Below are positions 51,966 through 61,467 of a stretch of 64,000 nucleotides of DNA, one piece after another (the first letter of the stretch is position 1; each line of letters opens with the position of its first letter). The stretch comes from Thermodesulfobacteriota bacterium. GTDB lineage: Bacteria > Desulfobacterota > Desulfarculia > JACQYL01. Where the stretch lies: positions 2,176,001 to 2,240,000 of the forward strand of contig CAXXLZ010000002.1 in assembly GCA_963675595.2 (NCBI GenBank). Reading direction: 5' to 3'. Made by a program: the position numbers and the translations under genes. The notes beneath the pieces are model-generated. The model saw only the letters and a list, made by a program, of their open reading frames with translations, had not been told where the DNA came from and did not search any database.

Positions 51966-53315
51966 TCAGTTCGCCTTCTCTTCCCCTGTGGCCAAAACAG
52001 GATCGGCTTCGAGGGATTCGCGTACGAGCAACAACCGCGTATCGATCCTCGCACGCTCATGCGGGGACTCGAGGGTGCGTTCCGCCTGTTCAGCGATCCA
52101 TCCCACTTGATTGCGAAGCGCCTGCCGTCGGTCCGGCCTCGACGTCCGACCGGCGATGGTTTGGAGAGCTCCGAGCATTCGCAACATGACGGCGACATTG
52201 TCCCTGGCGCTGCTCCGAACCTGGCCGAACGATTCGGCCAGCAAGCCTTCAAAGCTCGGTCCTATGGTGATTACTCGCAGTTCCCCGTCCTCGTAGCGGT
52301 GTGATGAGGGTATTTGCCGAGGCGCAAACCGCGCCAGAATCGCCGTCAGATAATCCACGCACATCACGGCCGTCGTCGTGTCATTGACGCCGGGCGAGAG
52401 CGCTTTCAAGGCAACATCCACGATCTGCCGAATACCGAAAGCGGGGTCTTGTTCCACCGTGCGGTGGCGGCTGATGCTGAAAGCCGCCTGCAGGGCGGCA
52501 ATCGTCTCTTGATCCGGCGGGTCTCTCAGAGCGAGTGAGGCCAGCGGGGTGTTATGGACAACGAAATCGCCGATGCCGCGTTCCATCCGCACGATGGTCT
52601 TTCTGTTCCGCGCCACGCGCAGGAGTGCAGCGTTGTCCACCCGTTGAATGTAACCGCTCTCCCTGGCCATGATGACGCGGAAGTTCGACTCTGCCAGAGG
52701 CCGAAGCGTCTGCTCCTCATCTTCTTCAACCGGCCCTTGTCCAGGTTTTTCCGGAAAAAGTCGGTCAATGGTCCCGATCGTTTCCTTGGCGGCCGAGGCG
52801 ATGATGCTGGAAGCCTGGATCGAAGAAGCAATGTGATGAATGAAGATAATAAGGACGCCAATACCTCCGAGCGCCAGCACGACGCCGAAGAACACCGCCA
52901 GGTTCGGAACAAATACCCCTTCGTTGCCGCCGCGAATGGTTCGCAATACGATCAGACAATAAGTGAAAATGCCGGCGAAGACTCCGAGTACGACCTGCGT
53001 GACACGGCTGCGCATGAAGTTCCGCAGGATGCGCGAAGTGTATTGGCTCGAAGCCAGCGCCAGCACCACCACGGTCATGGAGAACGTGACCCCCACCACG
53101 GACATCATCGAACCGGCAATCGTCGACAAAATCCCGCGCGCGCCTTCCGACCCGGCCCCAAAAAGGCGCGGCCAACGGGCCAGCCATCGGTCGCGCCCGG
53201 CGGAATCTGCTTCAATCAACACCACCGCCGCGACAATGCTGATCGCGACAATCAGCGAAGGCATAAACCAAAAGCTCGAGCGCAGATTGCCCCAGATTTG
53301 TTTGAGTTTATTCAT
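51966..53315 (-). CDS. DUF2254-family membrane protein
   Basis: ARGILSTIAGSM, LASSQYTSR, RTVEQDPAFGIRQIVDVALKALSPGVNDTTTA. Confidence 0.88.
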   Translation of the reverse strand: MNKLKQIWGNLRSSFWFMPSLIVAISIVAAVVLIEADSAGRDRWLARWPRLFGAGSEGARGILSTIAGSMMSVVGVTFSMTVVVLALASSQYTSRILRNFMRSRVTQVVLGVFAGIFTYCLIVLRTIRGGNEGVFVPNLAVFFGVVLALGGIGVLIIFIHHIASSIQASSIIASAAKETIGTIDRLFPEKPGQGPVEEDEEQTLRPLAESNFRVIMARESGYIQRVDNAALLRVARNRKTIVRMERGIGDFVVHNTPLASLALRDPPDQETIAALQAAFSISRHRTVEQDPAFGIRQIVDVALKALSPGVNDTTTAVMCVDYLTAILARFAPRQIPSSHRYEDGELRVITIGPSFEGLLAESFGQVRSSARDNVAVMLRMLGALQTIAGRTSRPDRRQALRNQVGWIAEQAERTLESPHERARIDTRLLLVRESLEADPVLATGEEKAN

Positions 53316-53594
53316 CGGTCTATCCCCATGTGCCCTATTTGTGAGAGTGATGGAGTCAAGTTTCACCACGTCGCGGCGTTTTGCCGGCTCAGGCGAGCAG
53401 CCGGATCGAATGACCCGACGACTCGAGCTCAAGCCGCAACCACTCATCGTTCAGTTCGCGCAAAGGCATTGTCGCCAATCGCCCTGTATCGTTGCACGGA
53501 AAGAGCCCCCCTCATCGCCGGCCACCTTGCCAAGCGCGCCTGAATACATCGGAACTCTTCGCTGAACATGAACTCCGCCCCTATTTATTGAAAT

Positions 53595-53620
53595 AAGGTA
53601 ACTCGCGTAGGAGTTACCTT
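53595..53620 (-). terminator. Putative intrinsic terminator
   Basis: 10-bp perfect stem AAGGTAACTC/GAGTTACCTT followed by an AT-rich tail, just after the 53643-53993 gene. Confidence 0.55.
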
Positions 53621-53642
53621 CGAGTTTCCTTTCTCAGCCAAC

Positions 53643-53993
53643 TTATTTCTCGATAAGAAGCCCGATTCCATCGGCGCATGCTCTGCTCACGGCATAGTCA
53701 GACTCTGTCTGCCCGGTCATTTTATCCCAACCGCCTTTTTTGATGAATTTAGCTCTTTCCCAACTGGTTACTTTCTCAAATTCTTTGAGAGTCTCATCAT
53801 AATTCGGTTGCTTCGTAAACTGGGCGACGCAGATAGCAGCCTGACTTGCCAGTACTGCTTCTGCGGCCATCGCTTTAGTCATGCTGGGGGTTGACCAGCC
53901 TCCCCAGGCAAAACCGATGACTATCGCGATGACTGCCCCGAGAACAAGGCCCCAACCTCCAGCCTTGAGTTTTCCCGTAGTTTCCGTTTTCAT
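53643..53993 (-). CDS. Membrane-anchored hypothetical protein
   Basis: GGAGGT RBS, N-terminal TM helix, two Cys (ICVAQF, RACA), GGWDKM. Confidence 0.75.
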   Translation of the reverse strand: MKTETTGKLKAGGWGLVLGAVIAIVIGFAWGGWSTPSMTKAMAAEAVLASQAAICVAQFTKQPNYDETLKEFEKVTSWERAKFIKKGGWDKMTGQTESDYAVSRACADGIGLLIEK

Positions 53994-54221
53994 TGATGAT
54001 ACCTCCCTGAATTATGTTGTGATGTTTCTGTTTAGGATGACCTTGTGAACGATGGGAGGTACGAGGTGATCTGCCTCGACCCGCATCCGACCGTCTTTTC
54101 CATTTGAAGAGCATTTCCACTTCCCTGAATCGCCCCCCACACGATCCGGCCAACAAGGCGTTGTTTATTTCCCGGATACTCCCGGCTTCAAGAATGCCTT
54201 GGGCCTGGATGGGTTTCCGAC

Positions 54222-55703
54222 TCACTGAACGATCTTCGTTTCGCAGATTTTGCGGAAATGATGGCCGTAAATCGCCAGGGTGATAGCCAATGCAAAAAAA
54301 CGAGGCCGGCGGCAAAGAGTCCAGAACAAAATCCTCCAATATTGGAATCGCTCCTTTCCGAAAATACCCAGGCGTATGCTTGAACGAAAGACTGCCAGCA
54401 GACGTTGAAAATCCAGGGGAGCCCTGACCTTTGGTCTCTTGTACTCCCGGAGGAAGGTTATCGTTCGTTGATAGTAATGCTTGGGTGAGTAAATTTGCCG
54501 CATTAAGTTTGCGTATCCTTGGCACAACACATCAAGCCCCATTATGGGAATTATGTTGGTTGTGCCATCGACGTTATCTCCAGAGATAACGTCCATCAAG
54601 CGGCCCTCCTCTTTCATTCGTTCGTGAAGCCTGGTTCCGGGAGGGGCGTTTAGCAGGCCAACCATGGCCGTTACGATGCCGCTCTTTTGGATAAAATCAA
54701 TCTGGCGCTGAAAGATGGAAGGCGTGTCACTATCGAACCCCACAATGAAGCCTCCTTGCACCTGCAGGCCGGCCCGCTGCATGAGCTTTACACTCTCGAT
54801 CAGGTCCCGGTTCTTGTTCTGCTGTTTGTTGCACTCAGCCAGACTCTCTTCATTGGGCGTTTCGATACCGATGAAGACGGTGTCAAAACCCGCCTTGACC
54901 ATCATCTCCATTAATGCGGGATCATCGGCAAGATTGACCGAGGCCTCGGTGTTAAGGGGGATGTCCTTCCTGTTTTTCTGCCATCGGATGAGCGCGGGCA
55001 GGAGATGCGCCTTGAGATAGGCTTTGTTGCCGATAAAGTTGTCGTCCACAAAAAAGACGGAGCCACGCCATCCTAGATTGTAAATCGCATCCAGCTCGGC
55101 AATAATCTGCTCGGCTGTTTTCATGCGTGTCCGATGCCCGAATAGTGCGGTTACGTTACAGAACTCGCAATTGAATGGACAGCCACGCGAAAACTGGATC
55201 CCCATGGTGGCATAGTGTTTCAAATCGACCAACTCCCACATAGGAGAAGGTGTTCTTCTAAGTTCGCAAAACTCGGAGGTCTCGTAGATGTGCTGAGCGC
55301 ACCCCTTCTCCAGATCCTCCAGAAAAGGGGGCAGCGTCAGTTCAGCCTCGTTCAGTATAAAATGATCCACATCCTCGAATTGATCGTATTCACAGGTAAA
55401 TAGCGGCCCGCCGGCTACGACCTTGACCTTCGCCTCCTTGCACCGGGCGATGATTTCACGTGCGGACTCTCTCTGCAAAGCCATGCCGCTGATAAACACC
55501 CAATCAGCCCAGGCCAGGTCGCTGTCCTCGAGTTTCGTCACATTCATATCGACCAGCTTTTTGGGCCATTCCTTGGGCAGCATCGCTCCTATTGTCAGAA
55601 GACCCAGAGGAGGGAAGGCCGCCTTTTTGCGAATGAATTTAAGGGCGTACTTGAAACTCCAAAAGGTAGCCGGGTACTCCGGATAAACCAGCAAGGATCT
55701 CAT
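54222..55703 (-). CDS. B12-binding radical SAM protein (DUF4070, HpnP-like)
   Basis: FPPLGLLT, VAGGP, SRGCPFNCEFC, FFVDDNFIGN, GFIVGFDSD. Confidence 0.9.
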   Translation of the reverse strand: MRSLLVYPEYPATFWSFKYALKFIRKKAAFPPLGLLTIGAMLPKEWPKKLVDMNVTKLEDSDLAWADWVFISGMALQRESAREIIARCKEAKVKVVAGGPLFTCEYDQFEDVDHFILNEAELTLPPFLEDLEKGCAQHIYETSEFCELRRTPSPMWELVDLKHYATMGIQFSRGCPFNCEFCNVTALFGHRTRMKTAEQIIAELDAIYNLGWRGSVFFVDDNFIGNKAYLKAHLLPALIRWQKNRKDIPLNTEASVNLADDPALMEMMVKAGFDTVFIGIETPNEESLAECNKQQNKNRDLIESVKLMQRAGLQVQGGFIVGFDSDTPSIFQRQIDFIQKSGIVTAMVGLLNAPPGTRLHERMKEEGRLMDVISGDNVDGTTNIIPIMGLDVLCQGYANLMRQIYSPKHYYQRTITFLREYKRPKVRAPLDFQRLLAVFRSSIRLGIFGKERFQYWRILFWTLCRRPRFFALAITLAIYGHHFRKICETKIVQ

Positions 55704-55737
55704 AAACTCTCCTTTCGTATATCTAAATCAATCCGGC

Positions 55738-56691
55738 TCATTCCGGGATGGTCTTCAGAAATCGATAATAGTCTGAATCGGTTCCGAGAATAACAAAGGC
55801 GTTTTTATAGGCGGACTCTTTGTAGGTCTCCAGGGTCTCGAAAAAGGCATAGAAGGCCGGATCCTGACCGTAAGCTTCTCCATAGATTTTGGTCGCCTCT
55901 GCATCCGCCTCGCCGCGGATCTCCTCGGCCGTCCGGTATGCTCCCGAAATGATGGATTTCAGCTCCTTATCCATCTGGCCGAGAATCTCTGCCTTCTTGC
56001 CTTCCCCCTCCGATCGAAACTGGGCGGCTTTGCGCTTTCTTTCCGATACCATCCGTTCGTAAACTTTCTTGCGGACTTGCTCGACATAGTTAATCCGCTT
56101 GATGCGCACGTCGACCAGGTCCATGCCAAAGGCGGGCATGGCCTTTGATGCCTCGGCCAGAATCGCCCGGGTGATCTTCTCTCTGCCCAAGCGAACGGTT
56201 TCCGGGGCTGTTGCTTCCTGGAACGGCGAGAGAACCTTGCCTTCCACCTCTTCGACGGTCGGCATCTCGTTTGTGGTTCTTACGAGCTCCACCAGCGGAT
56301 TCGCCGAAACATAATCCCGGAGAACGGCGTCAATGGTGTCATCCAGCTTGGCGTATGCCTGAGTGTAAGTACCAAGAACCTCCAGGAATTTCTGCGCATC
56401 CACGATTCGCCACCTAGCCGTTGTATCCACATAGATAAACCGTTTGTCCCTGGTGGGTATCTCTTTGGGGTCTCCATCCCACCTCATAATCCGCTTCTCA
56501 TAGCGATTGACTACCTGAATGAAGGGGATCTTGAATCTGAGGCCGGCCTCGGTCTTCGGTTTTCCAATCGGTTTTCCAAACTGAGTGATCACCACCTGTT
56601 CCCATTCGCTTACCGAGTAAAAGGCCCCTGAAAGCAAAAGGAGCAGAACTGTGGCGATAGCAATACCTATGAAAGCTCCCATTCGTCTCAT
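55738..56691 (-). CDS. hflC: FtsH modulator HflC
   Basis: VITQFGK, DVRIKRI, RMVSER..A..FRSEG, FYAFFETLE.Y. Confidence 0.92.
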   Translation of the reverse strand: MRRMGAFIGIAIATVLLLLLSGAFYSVSEWEQVVITQFGKPIGKPKTEAGLRFKIPFIQVVNRYEKRIMRWDGDPKEIPTRDKRFIYVDTTARWRIVDAQKFLEVLGTYTQAYAKLDDTIDAVLRDYVSANPLVELVRTTNEMPTVEEVEGKVLSPFQEATAPETVRLGREKITRAILAEASKAMPAFGMDLVDVRIKRINYVEQVRKKVYERMVSERKRKAAQFRSEGEGKKAEILGQMDKELKSIISGAYRTAEEIRGEADAEATKIYGEAYGQDPAFYAFFETLETYKESAYKNAFVILGTDSDYYRFLKTIPE

Positions 56692-57731
56692 TGGGCCTCA
56701 CTCCCTTTTGTAACTTGCTGATTGAGTTGGAGAAGCGGCAGCAAGCCTTTCTGCTCGCTGTCGATAATGTAGATCCGCTTGGCGCTGGGCAGAATCGTCT
56801 GATAGGCTTCCAGGTAGAGGCGCTGTTTGGTGACTTCTTTCGCGTTTCCGTATTCTTTGAGGACGGCCGAAAATCTGGCCACATCACCCTTTGCGCGGTT
56901 CACCCGCTCGAGCGCGAACCCCCGGGCCCCGTTGATGGTTCTTTCCGCCTCTCCTTTGGTCTTTGGAATCTCTCGATTATAGGTTTCCTGGGCCTCGTTA
57001 ATGAGTCTCTCCTTTTCCTGCTGGGCCTCGTTTACCTCGTTGAAGGCACCTTTTACAGGATCGGGCGGCACCACGTTCTGGAGTCTCACGTTGACGACGC
57101 GAATTCCTGTTTCGTACTCGTCGAGAATCTTCTGAAGCTCTTCCTGAGCCATCCTGTTCACTTCTTCACGGTTTTGGAGTACATAGTCAAAGCTCCTGTT
57201 CCCCACGATGCGCCGATTCACCGATTCGCTGATATCCCGGATGGTCATAATAGGGTCTTGCACGTTAAAAAGGTATTTTCGGGGATCTTCCCTCCGGAAC
57301 TGGATGATCCACTCCACATCGATGACGTTCAGGTCTCCGGTGAGCATGAGAGATTCCCGCTCCGTCGCGGCGTCCTTTTCATACTGGGTCCGAATACCGG
57401 GGCTCATGCTTTTGAAACCAAAGGTTTCCGTATCCACTTGTTCCGTATGCACCTTGAAGACCGTGTCGACTCCAAACGGAATCTTGAAGTGAAGCCCAGG
57501 CAGGACCATGCCCGAATATCTTCCGAATCGCAGAATGACTCCCTGGTGACCGGGGGCGACGGTGTAAATGGAGGTGTAAGCCAAGAGGACCGCAAGGACA
57601 ATGACGATCAAAACCGGCCAGAGCAGCTTTCTTCCCTTCCCGAAGCCCATCGAATCTTTCACTTTCTTGATTACTTCGGAAATATTCGGGAGACCCTCTT
57701 GCGGTCCTCCCAGGTTATTCTCCATTGACAT
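56688..57731 (-). CDS. hflK: FtsH modulator HflK
   Basis: GVILRFG, PGLHF, MLTGDLN, PPDPVKGAFNEV, RLYLE. Confidence 0.92.
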   Translation of the reverse strand: MSMENNLGGPQEGLPNISEVIKKVKDSMGFGKGRKLLWPVLIVIVLAVLLAYTSIYTVAPGHQGVILRFGRYSGMVLPGLHFKIPFGVDTVFKVHTEQVDTETFGFKSMSPGIRTQYEKDAATERESLMLTGDLNVIDVEWIIQFRREDPRKYLFNVQDPIMTIRDISESVNRRIVGNRSFDYVLQNREEVNRMAQEELQKILDEYETGIRVVNVRLQNVVPPDPVKGAFNEVNEAQQEKERLINEAQETYNREIPKTKGEAERTINGARGFALERVNRAKGDVARFSAVLKEYGNAKEVTKQRLYLEAYQTILPSAKRIYIIDSEQKGLLPLLQLNQQVTKGSEAQ

Positions 57732-57751
57732 ACATTATTCTCCTCGTCTTT

Positions 57752-58096
57752 TTAGAAGTTCCTTTTGGAAGTTCCCTTGCTCCTTATTGCATTGACGACC
57801 TCCACCCCTTCCGAATGAGAGACCGTACGGATTTTCATTTCCATCGGTTTGGCTAAAAGGCTCTTTGTCCCGAGCAAAACACTGAATCTTTCAGACCGTA
57901 TATGACGTTCCAAGTCTTCACGGGTTTCCCACTCCTCGAGAAGGTTTAGAAGGTTCTTGTCTTCGATACCGCGAAAAAGGGCATAGCTCAGACAGCCGGC
58001 CTCCTGTTCCTCCTTACCGATCATCGATAGAAGCGTTTGAACCAATTCCTTCTGTTTTTCAGGAAGTACGTTCATAGTAATTCTAACATCTATCAT
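57752..58096 (-). CDS. ABM-domain (putative quinol monooxygenase-like) protein
   Basis: EAGCLSY..LLEEWETREDLERH..S..F. Confidence 0.82.
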   Translation of the reverse strand: MIDVRITMNVLPEKQKELVQTLLSMIGKEEQEAGCLSYALFRGIEDKNLLNLLEEWETREDLERHIRSERFSVLLGTKSLLAKPMEMKIRTVSHSEGVEVVNAIRSKGTSKRNF

Positions 58097-58130
58097 TGTG
58101 TACACCTCTAAGCAATGTCGGCTTTTCCGG

Positions 58131-58361
58131 TTATCTTACGCTTTCCAGCTCTGTTCGTTTATTTTATTTGGCCGAAACAGCGCTTAATATGGTAATAAGC
58201 GCTCATTCGCTGCGACTATGCTTGACGCTGACTTTGCCTATGTCTGTATTAGCCACTTGAAGTTCAAGTCTTGACGTCTGAATCCCGCCACTTTGTGTAC
58301 CGTATACGAAATGTGGTTCATCAACTATCGCTCGTGCAATGACTTCAACTATTTCTTTCAT
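58131..58361 (-). pseudogene. KH-domain (KhpA/UPF0109-like) pseudogene 2
   Basis: GAGGTG RBS; MKEIVEVIARAIVDEP..ELQVANTDIGKV..*ALITILSAVSAK*; two internal stops. Confidence 0.8.
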
Positions 58362-58467
58362 GCTTCACCTCGTGTTGCCGCTTCACATCAAATAGACGAT
58401 AGTAATGACGACGACCTTGATCAACCTTGCAAAAAGATCGGTATTTCGGTTATCCATTTTTCTAATT

Positions 58468-58628
58468 ATCAAACTTCATGCCGGAATTGTAACACGTAGC
58501 TGTTTGTTATCCATGATCCTGATTTATAAAGAGAATCGGTGTATAAAGCACCGAGGAGGCAGGGACGAACAAACGTTGAACGAGGGTCATCTATGACCAT
58601 TGGTCAAATATGACCCTCGTTCAACGTT
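58468..58628 (-). promoter_or_regulatory. Sigma54-type promoter with twin upstream palindromes (copy 2)
   Basis: CGGCATGAAGTTTGAT at 58468-58483; boxes GGTCATCTATGACC (58585-58598) and GGTCAAATATGACC (58602-58615) inside a 57-bp inverted repeat with perfect 19-bp arms. Confidence 0.72.
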
Positions 58629-58753
58629 CTCCGGCGTGGTGCGGGGGCTTAACAAAGAAGAATGGAAATGATTAGCGCAAGATTTGCGGGGCCTGCAGTC
58701 TCATTGCAGTTGACAAACAAAGCGCGTTCGGTTCAGCCGGGCGGCAATAAAAA

Positions 58754-60301
58754 TTAGCCTTTTCGGATATTGAGCTTACGCATGCGGGCGCGCAATGTGC
58801 TACGGTCGAGGCCAAGGATTTCAGCGGCACTGTTTTCACCGCTCACTTTCCACTGTACCTGTTCCAGCACATGAATAATATATTGCCGTTCAACATCCGC
58901 CAAGGTTCTTCCGGAGCTTATTAAATCCTTGTGCGGCTTTTTCAGTTCATCCACCAGACGCAGTTTGGGTCCCGAGGAGTTGATCACAGCCCGTTCTAGG
59001 ACATTTTCCAGTTCGCGAATATTGCCGGGCCAATGATATGTCTGCAACGCGTCCATAACATTCACCGGGACCATCTCGATGGATTTGCCCAGTCTTTTTG
59101 AAATCTTATCAACAAAGAAATTGACCAGCAGCGGTATGTCTTCAATGCGGTCCCGGAGCGGCGGCATGGTAATCGGAAAAATATTTAACCGGTACCAGAG
59201 ATCTTCGCGAAATCGGCCTTTGCGGACTTCCTCTTCAAGATTGCGATTGGTGGCGGCGATGATTCGAACATCGACCTTTCTCGTGTCAGAGCTGCCCAAG
59301 CGTTCAAACTCACCGTTCTGTATCACCTGGAGCAGTTTGGGCTGCAATTCCAGCGGCAGTTCGCCAATCTCATCCAAGAACAGGGTAGCGCCGTCGGCGA
59401 GCTCAAATCGGCCCAACCTTCTGGAATGAGCACCGGTGAAAGCACCTTTCTCGTGGCCGAAGAGTTCGCTTTCGATAAGGTTGGAAGGCAGAGTCGCGCA
59501 ATTCACTTTCACCAACGCTCGCTCTTTGCGCAGGCTCAAGCCGTGAACGGCCCGGGCAACCAGCTCTTTGCCGGTTCCGGTCTCGCCAAGAACCAAAACG
59601 GTGGTATCGCTGCGGGCAATTTGTTCAACCTTATAGAACACGTAATTGATCCCATCACTCTGGCCAATCATGTTCTCATGGTTGTATTCCAGTTTGATTT
59701 CTTCCTGAAGATAGGCTCGTTCAGCTTCAAGTTGATCCTTCAACTTTTTTATTTCAAAAAGTGATTCTTCAGCGATTTGCTTGCCCTTTTCCGCCTCTTC
59801 CCTTGCTACGCTGATTTCGGCCGTTCGCCTTTCAACCAGTTCCTCGAGATGTCTTTTATAATATTCACGTTCAGTCACATCCTCGATGGATACGAGGATC
59901 ATCTGTGTTTGCTTCGACTCGCTATAAATCCTTCCGGCGTTCAGATGCATTATCTTTCGACCTATGTTCTCAAAGTTATGTTCCACCTCGAAGTCATTGA
60001 ATGTGGAATTCTTAGGAAGGATGTCTTCAAGTAATTCTCTGAGCTTTGGGATGTCCCATTGCCTGTTGCCAATATCATATATTAATACCCCTTCAGTTTG
60101 CCCAGGTTCGACCTTGAATTTTTTATAAAATGACTTATTTGCTTTTACAATCTTCAATTCAGAATCAATCAGCAATAAGGGTTCACGAATAGACCCTAAA
60201 ATGATATCAACCATTTTTCTAAATGCTTGTGAATTTAGGTTGTCATACCCTAAAGACTTCATGATTTCTTCGAATTTATTAAACGATTGCTTGTTATCCA
60301 T
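58754..60301 (-). CDS. PAS-domain sigma54-dependent activator (FhlA/NifA-type AAA+ with Fis HTH)
   Basis: [30 protein letters not shown]-terminal HTH; no receiver domain. Confidence 0.95.
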   Translation of the reverse strand: MDNKQSFNKFEEIMKSLGYDNLNSQAFRKMVDIILGSIREPLLLIDSELKIVKANKSFYKKFKVEPGQTEGVLIYDIGNRQWDIPKLRELLEDILPKNSTFNDFEVEHNFENIGRKIMHLNAGRIYSESKQTQMILVSIEDVTEREYYKRHLEELVERRTAEISVAREEAEKGKQIAEESLFEIKKLKDQLEAERAYLQEEIKLEYNHENMIGQSDGINYVFYKVEQIARSDTTVLVLGETGTGKELVARAVHGLSLRKERALVKVNCATLPSNLIESELFGHEKGAFTGAHSRRLGRFELADGATLFLDEIGELPLELQPKLLQVIQNGEFERLGSSDTRKVDVRIIAATNRNLEEEVRKGRFREDLWYRLNIFPITMPPLRDRIEDIPLLVNFFVDKISKRLGKSIEMVPVNVMDALQTYHWPGNIRELENVLERAVINSSGPKLRLVDELKKPHKDLISSGRTLADVERQYIIHVLEQVQWKVSGENSAAEILGLDRSTLRARMRKLNIRKG

Positions 60302-60398
60302 TGCAGAAACCTACAGGTTAAACCCAAGCACCGAAACCGGTAACGCATCCGCTTTGTTAAGAATGCTCGCAAACCGGAATCGAAAAATAGTGAACACG

Positions 60399-61410
60399 TG
60401 ATGCCGCCGTAAGAACCCCCCTTTTCGAGCAGGGCTAGTTTCTGCAGGATCGGAGGTCAACGACCTTGCATTCGAGAGGCGCGTGACCCCGGATACAGGA
60501 AACGACTTGGGTGCAGTCCTCGTTCGTTTCAAAGTCACTCAACTGCATCTTATTGAGATCCAGTGCTTTTCCGCAATTGACCGGGGCGGTAAGCTCGACT
60601 TCGTGCTCGTAAGCTTGAAGGATGTTCTCCCCGCTGCCGCAGCCGGCGTCGGCGAACAACTCGGCGGGTTTGCGGCCCGTCTCCTCCAGGCGTTCGATAA
60701 CGGGCATCACGTCTTTCCGGTCGTTGCCATAGGAAGGGGCCGCGTCCATATCGGTGATCATCTGGAAGGGATTTTCCTTCACGCAGGTCTCCGTGAGGGA
60801 AGCCTTATATCCTTTGCCCTTGCGCCCATAAGCGGCATCGGGATCCGAAGGATTCTGCAGGGAGTCCGCGATGATTTCACATCGGCAAAATAGCCTGCGC
60901 GCTTCAGGTAGGCCTTGTCGTAAAGTCGGGGCAGTTTCTCGTACAACTTGGGATGCTTCTTACGGAGCCGTCTCAGGAACGCTTCGATGGTGCGCGTAAA
61001 GAGCCCTAGACGGCTCAGATGGGCCATGTTGGAAGTGATCTGGGTGGAGTCCAACCGCTGTTTTTCCGTGCTAAGGGAGGCCGTCTCGACGATCGCGTCC
61101 GTGATTCCGGTGAACAGGCCCCGCGCTTGTTCGTTGGCGGTAATCAAGGTCCGGAAATTGTGCAGGGTCTTCCGGCAGACGTGAGATTCAAAGGCGTTGA
61201 TGTCGAATGCATATTGCCGGCGGAGATCGAAGTCCGGAGCGCCCAAAACCTCCGCATCGGTCAGGTTGTGCATTTCCTTCAAAATGCATACTCCGACGAG
61301 GATGGCCACGGGTTTGTTGGGCCTGCCGTTATCCTCACAGTAGAAAGGCCGGATAGACTCCTCATCGATCATGGGAAGCACCAAACGCCGGAAGGGACCG
61401 ACCGAAGTCT
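60399..61410 (-). mobile_element. Internally deleted IS5/IS1182-like (DUF772) transposase remnant
   Basis: DNGRPN..KTLHNFR..QRLDST, then DPDA-like and ADAG segments in other frames; probable end TGATGCCGCCGTAAGAAC at 60399. Confidence 0.75.
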
Positions 61411-61467
61411 TCTCCAACGCCTTCCGGCGCAATTGAGAGGAGTCACCGGGTCGGTTATCCTTGGTGA

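Noticed and set aside
58131-58361. Selenocysteine readthrough of the in-frame TGA in the KH frame
   Set aside because: A TAA stop follows 13 codons later and the KH GxxG loop is degenerate; simple decay is more likely.
58572-58628. The long inverted repeat as the activator's terminator
   Set aside because: No U-tract; the paralogous region conserves the two internal boxes and their distance to the -24 element better than the outer stem.
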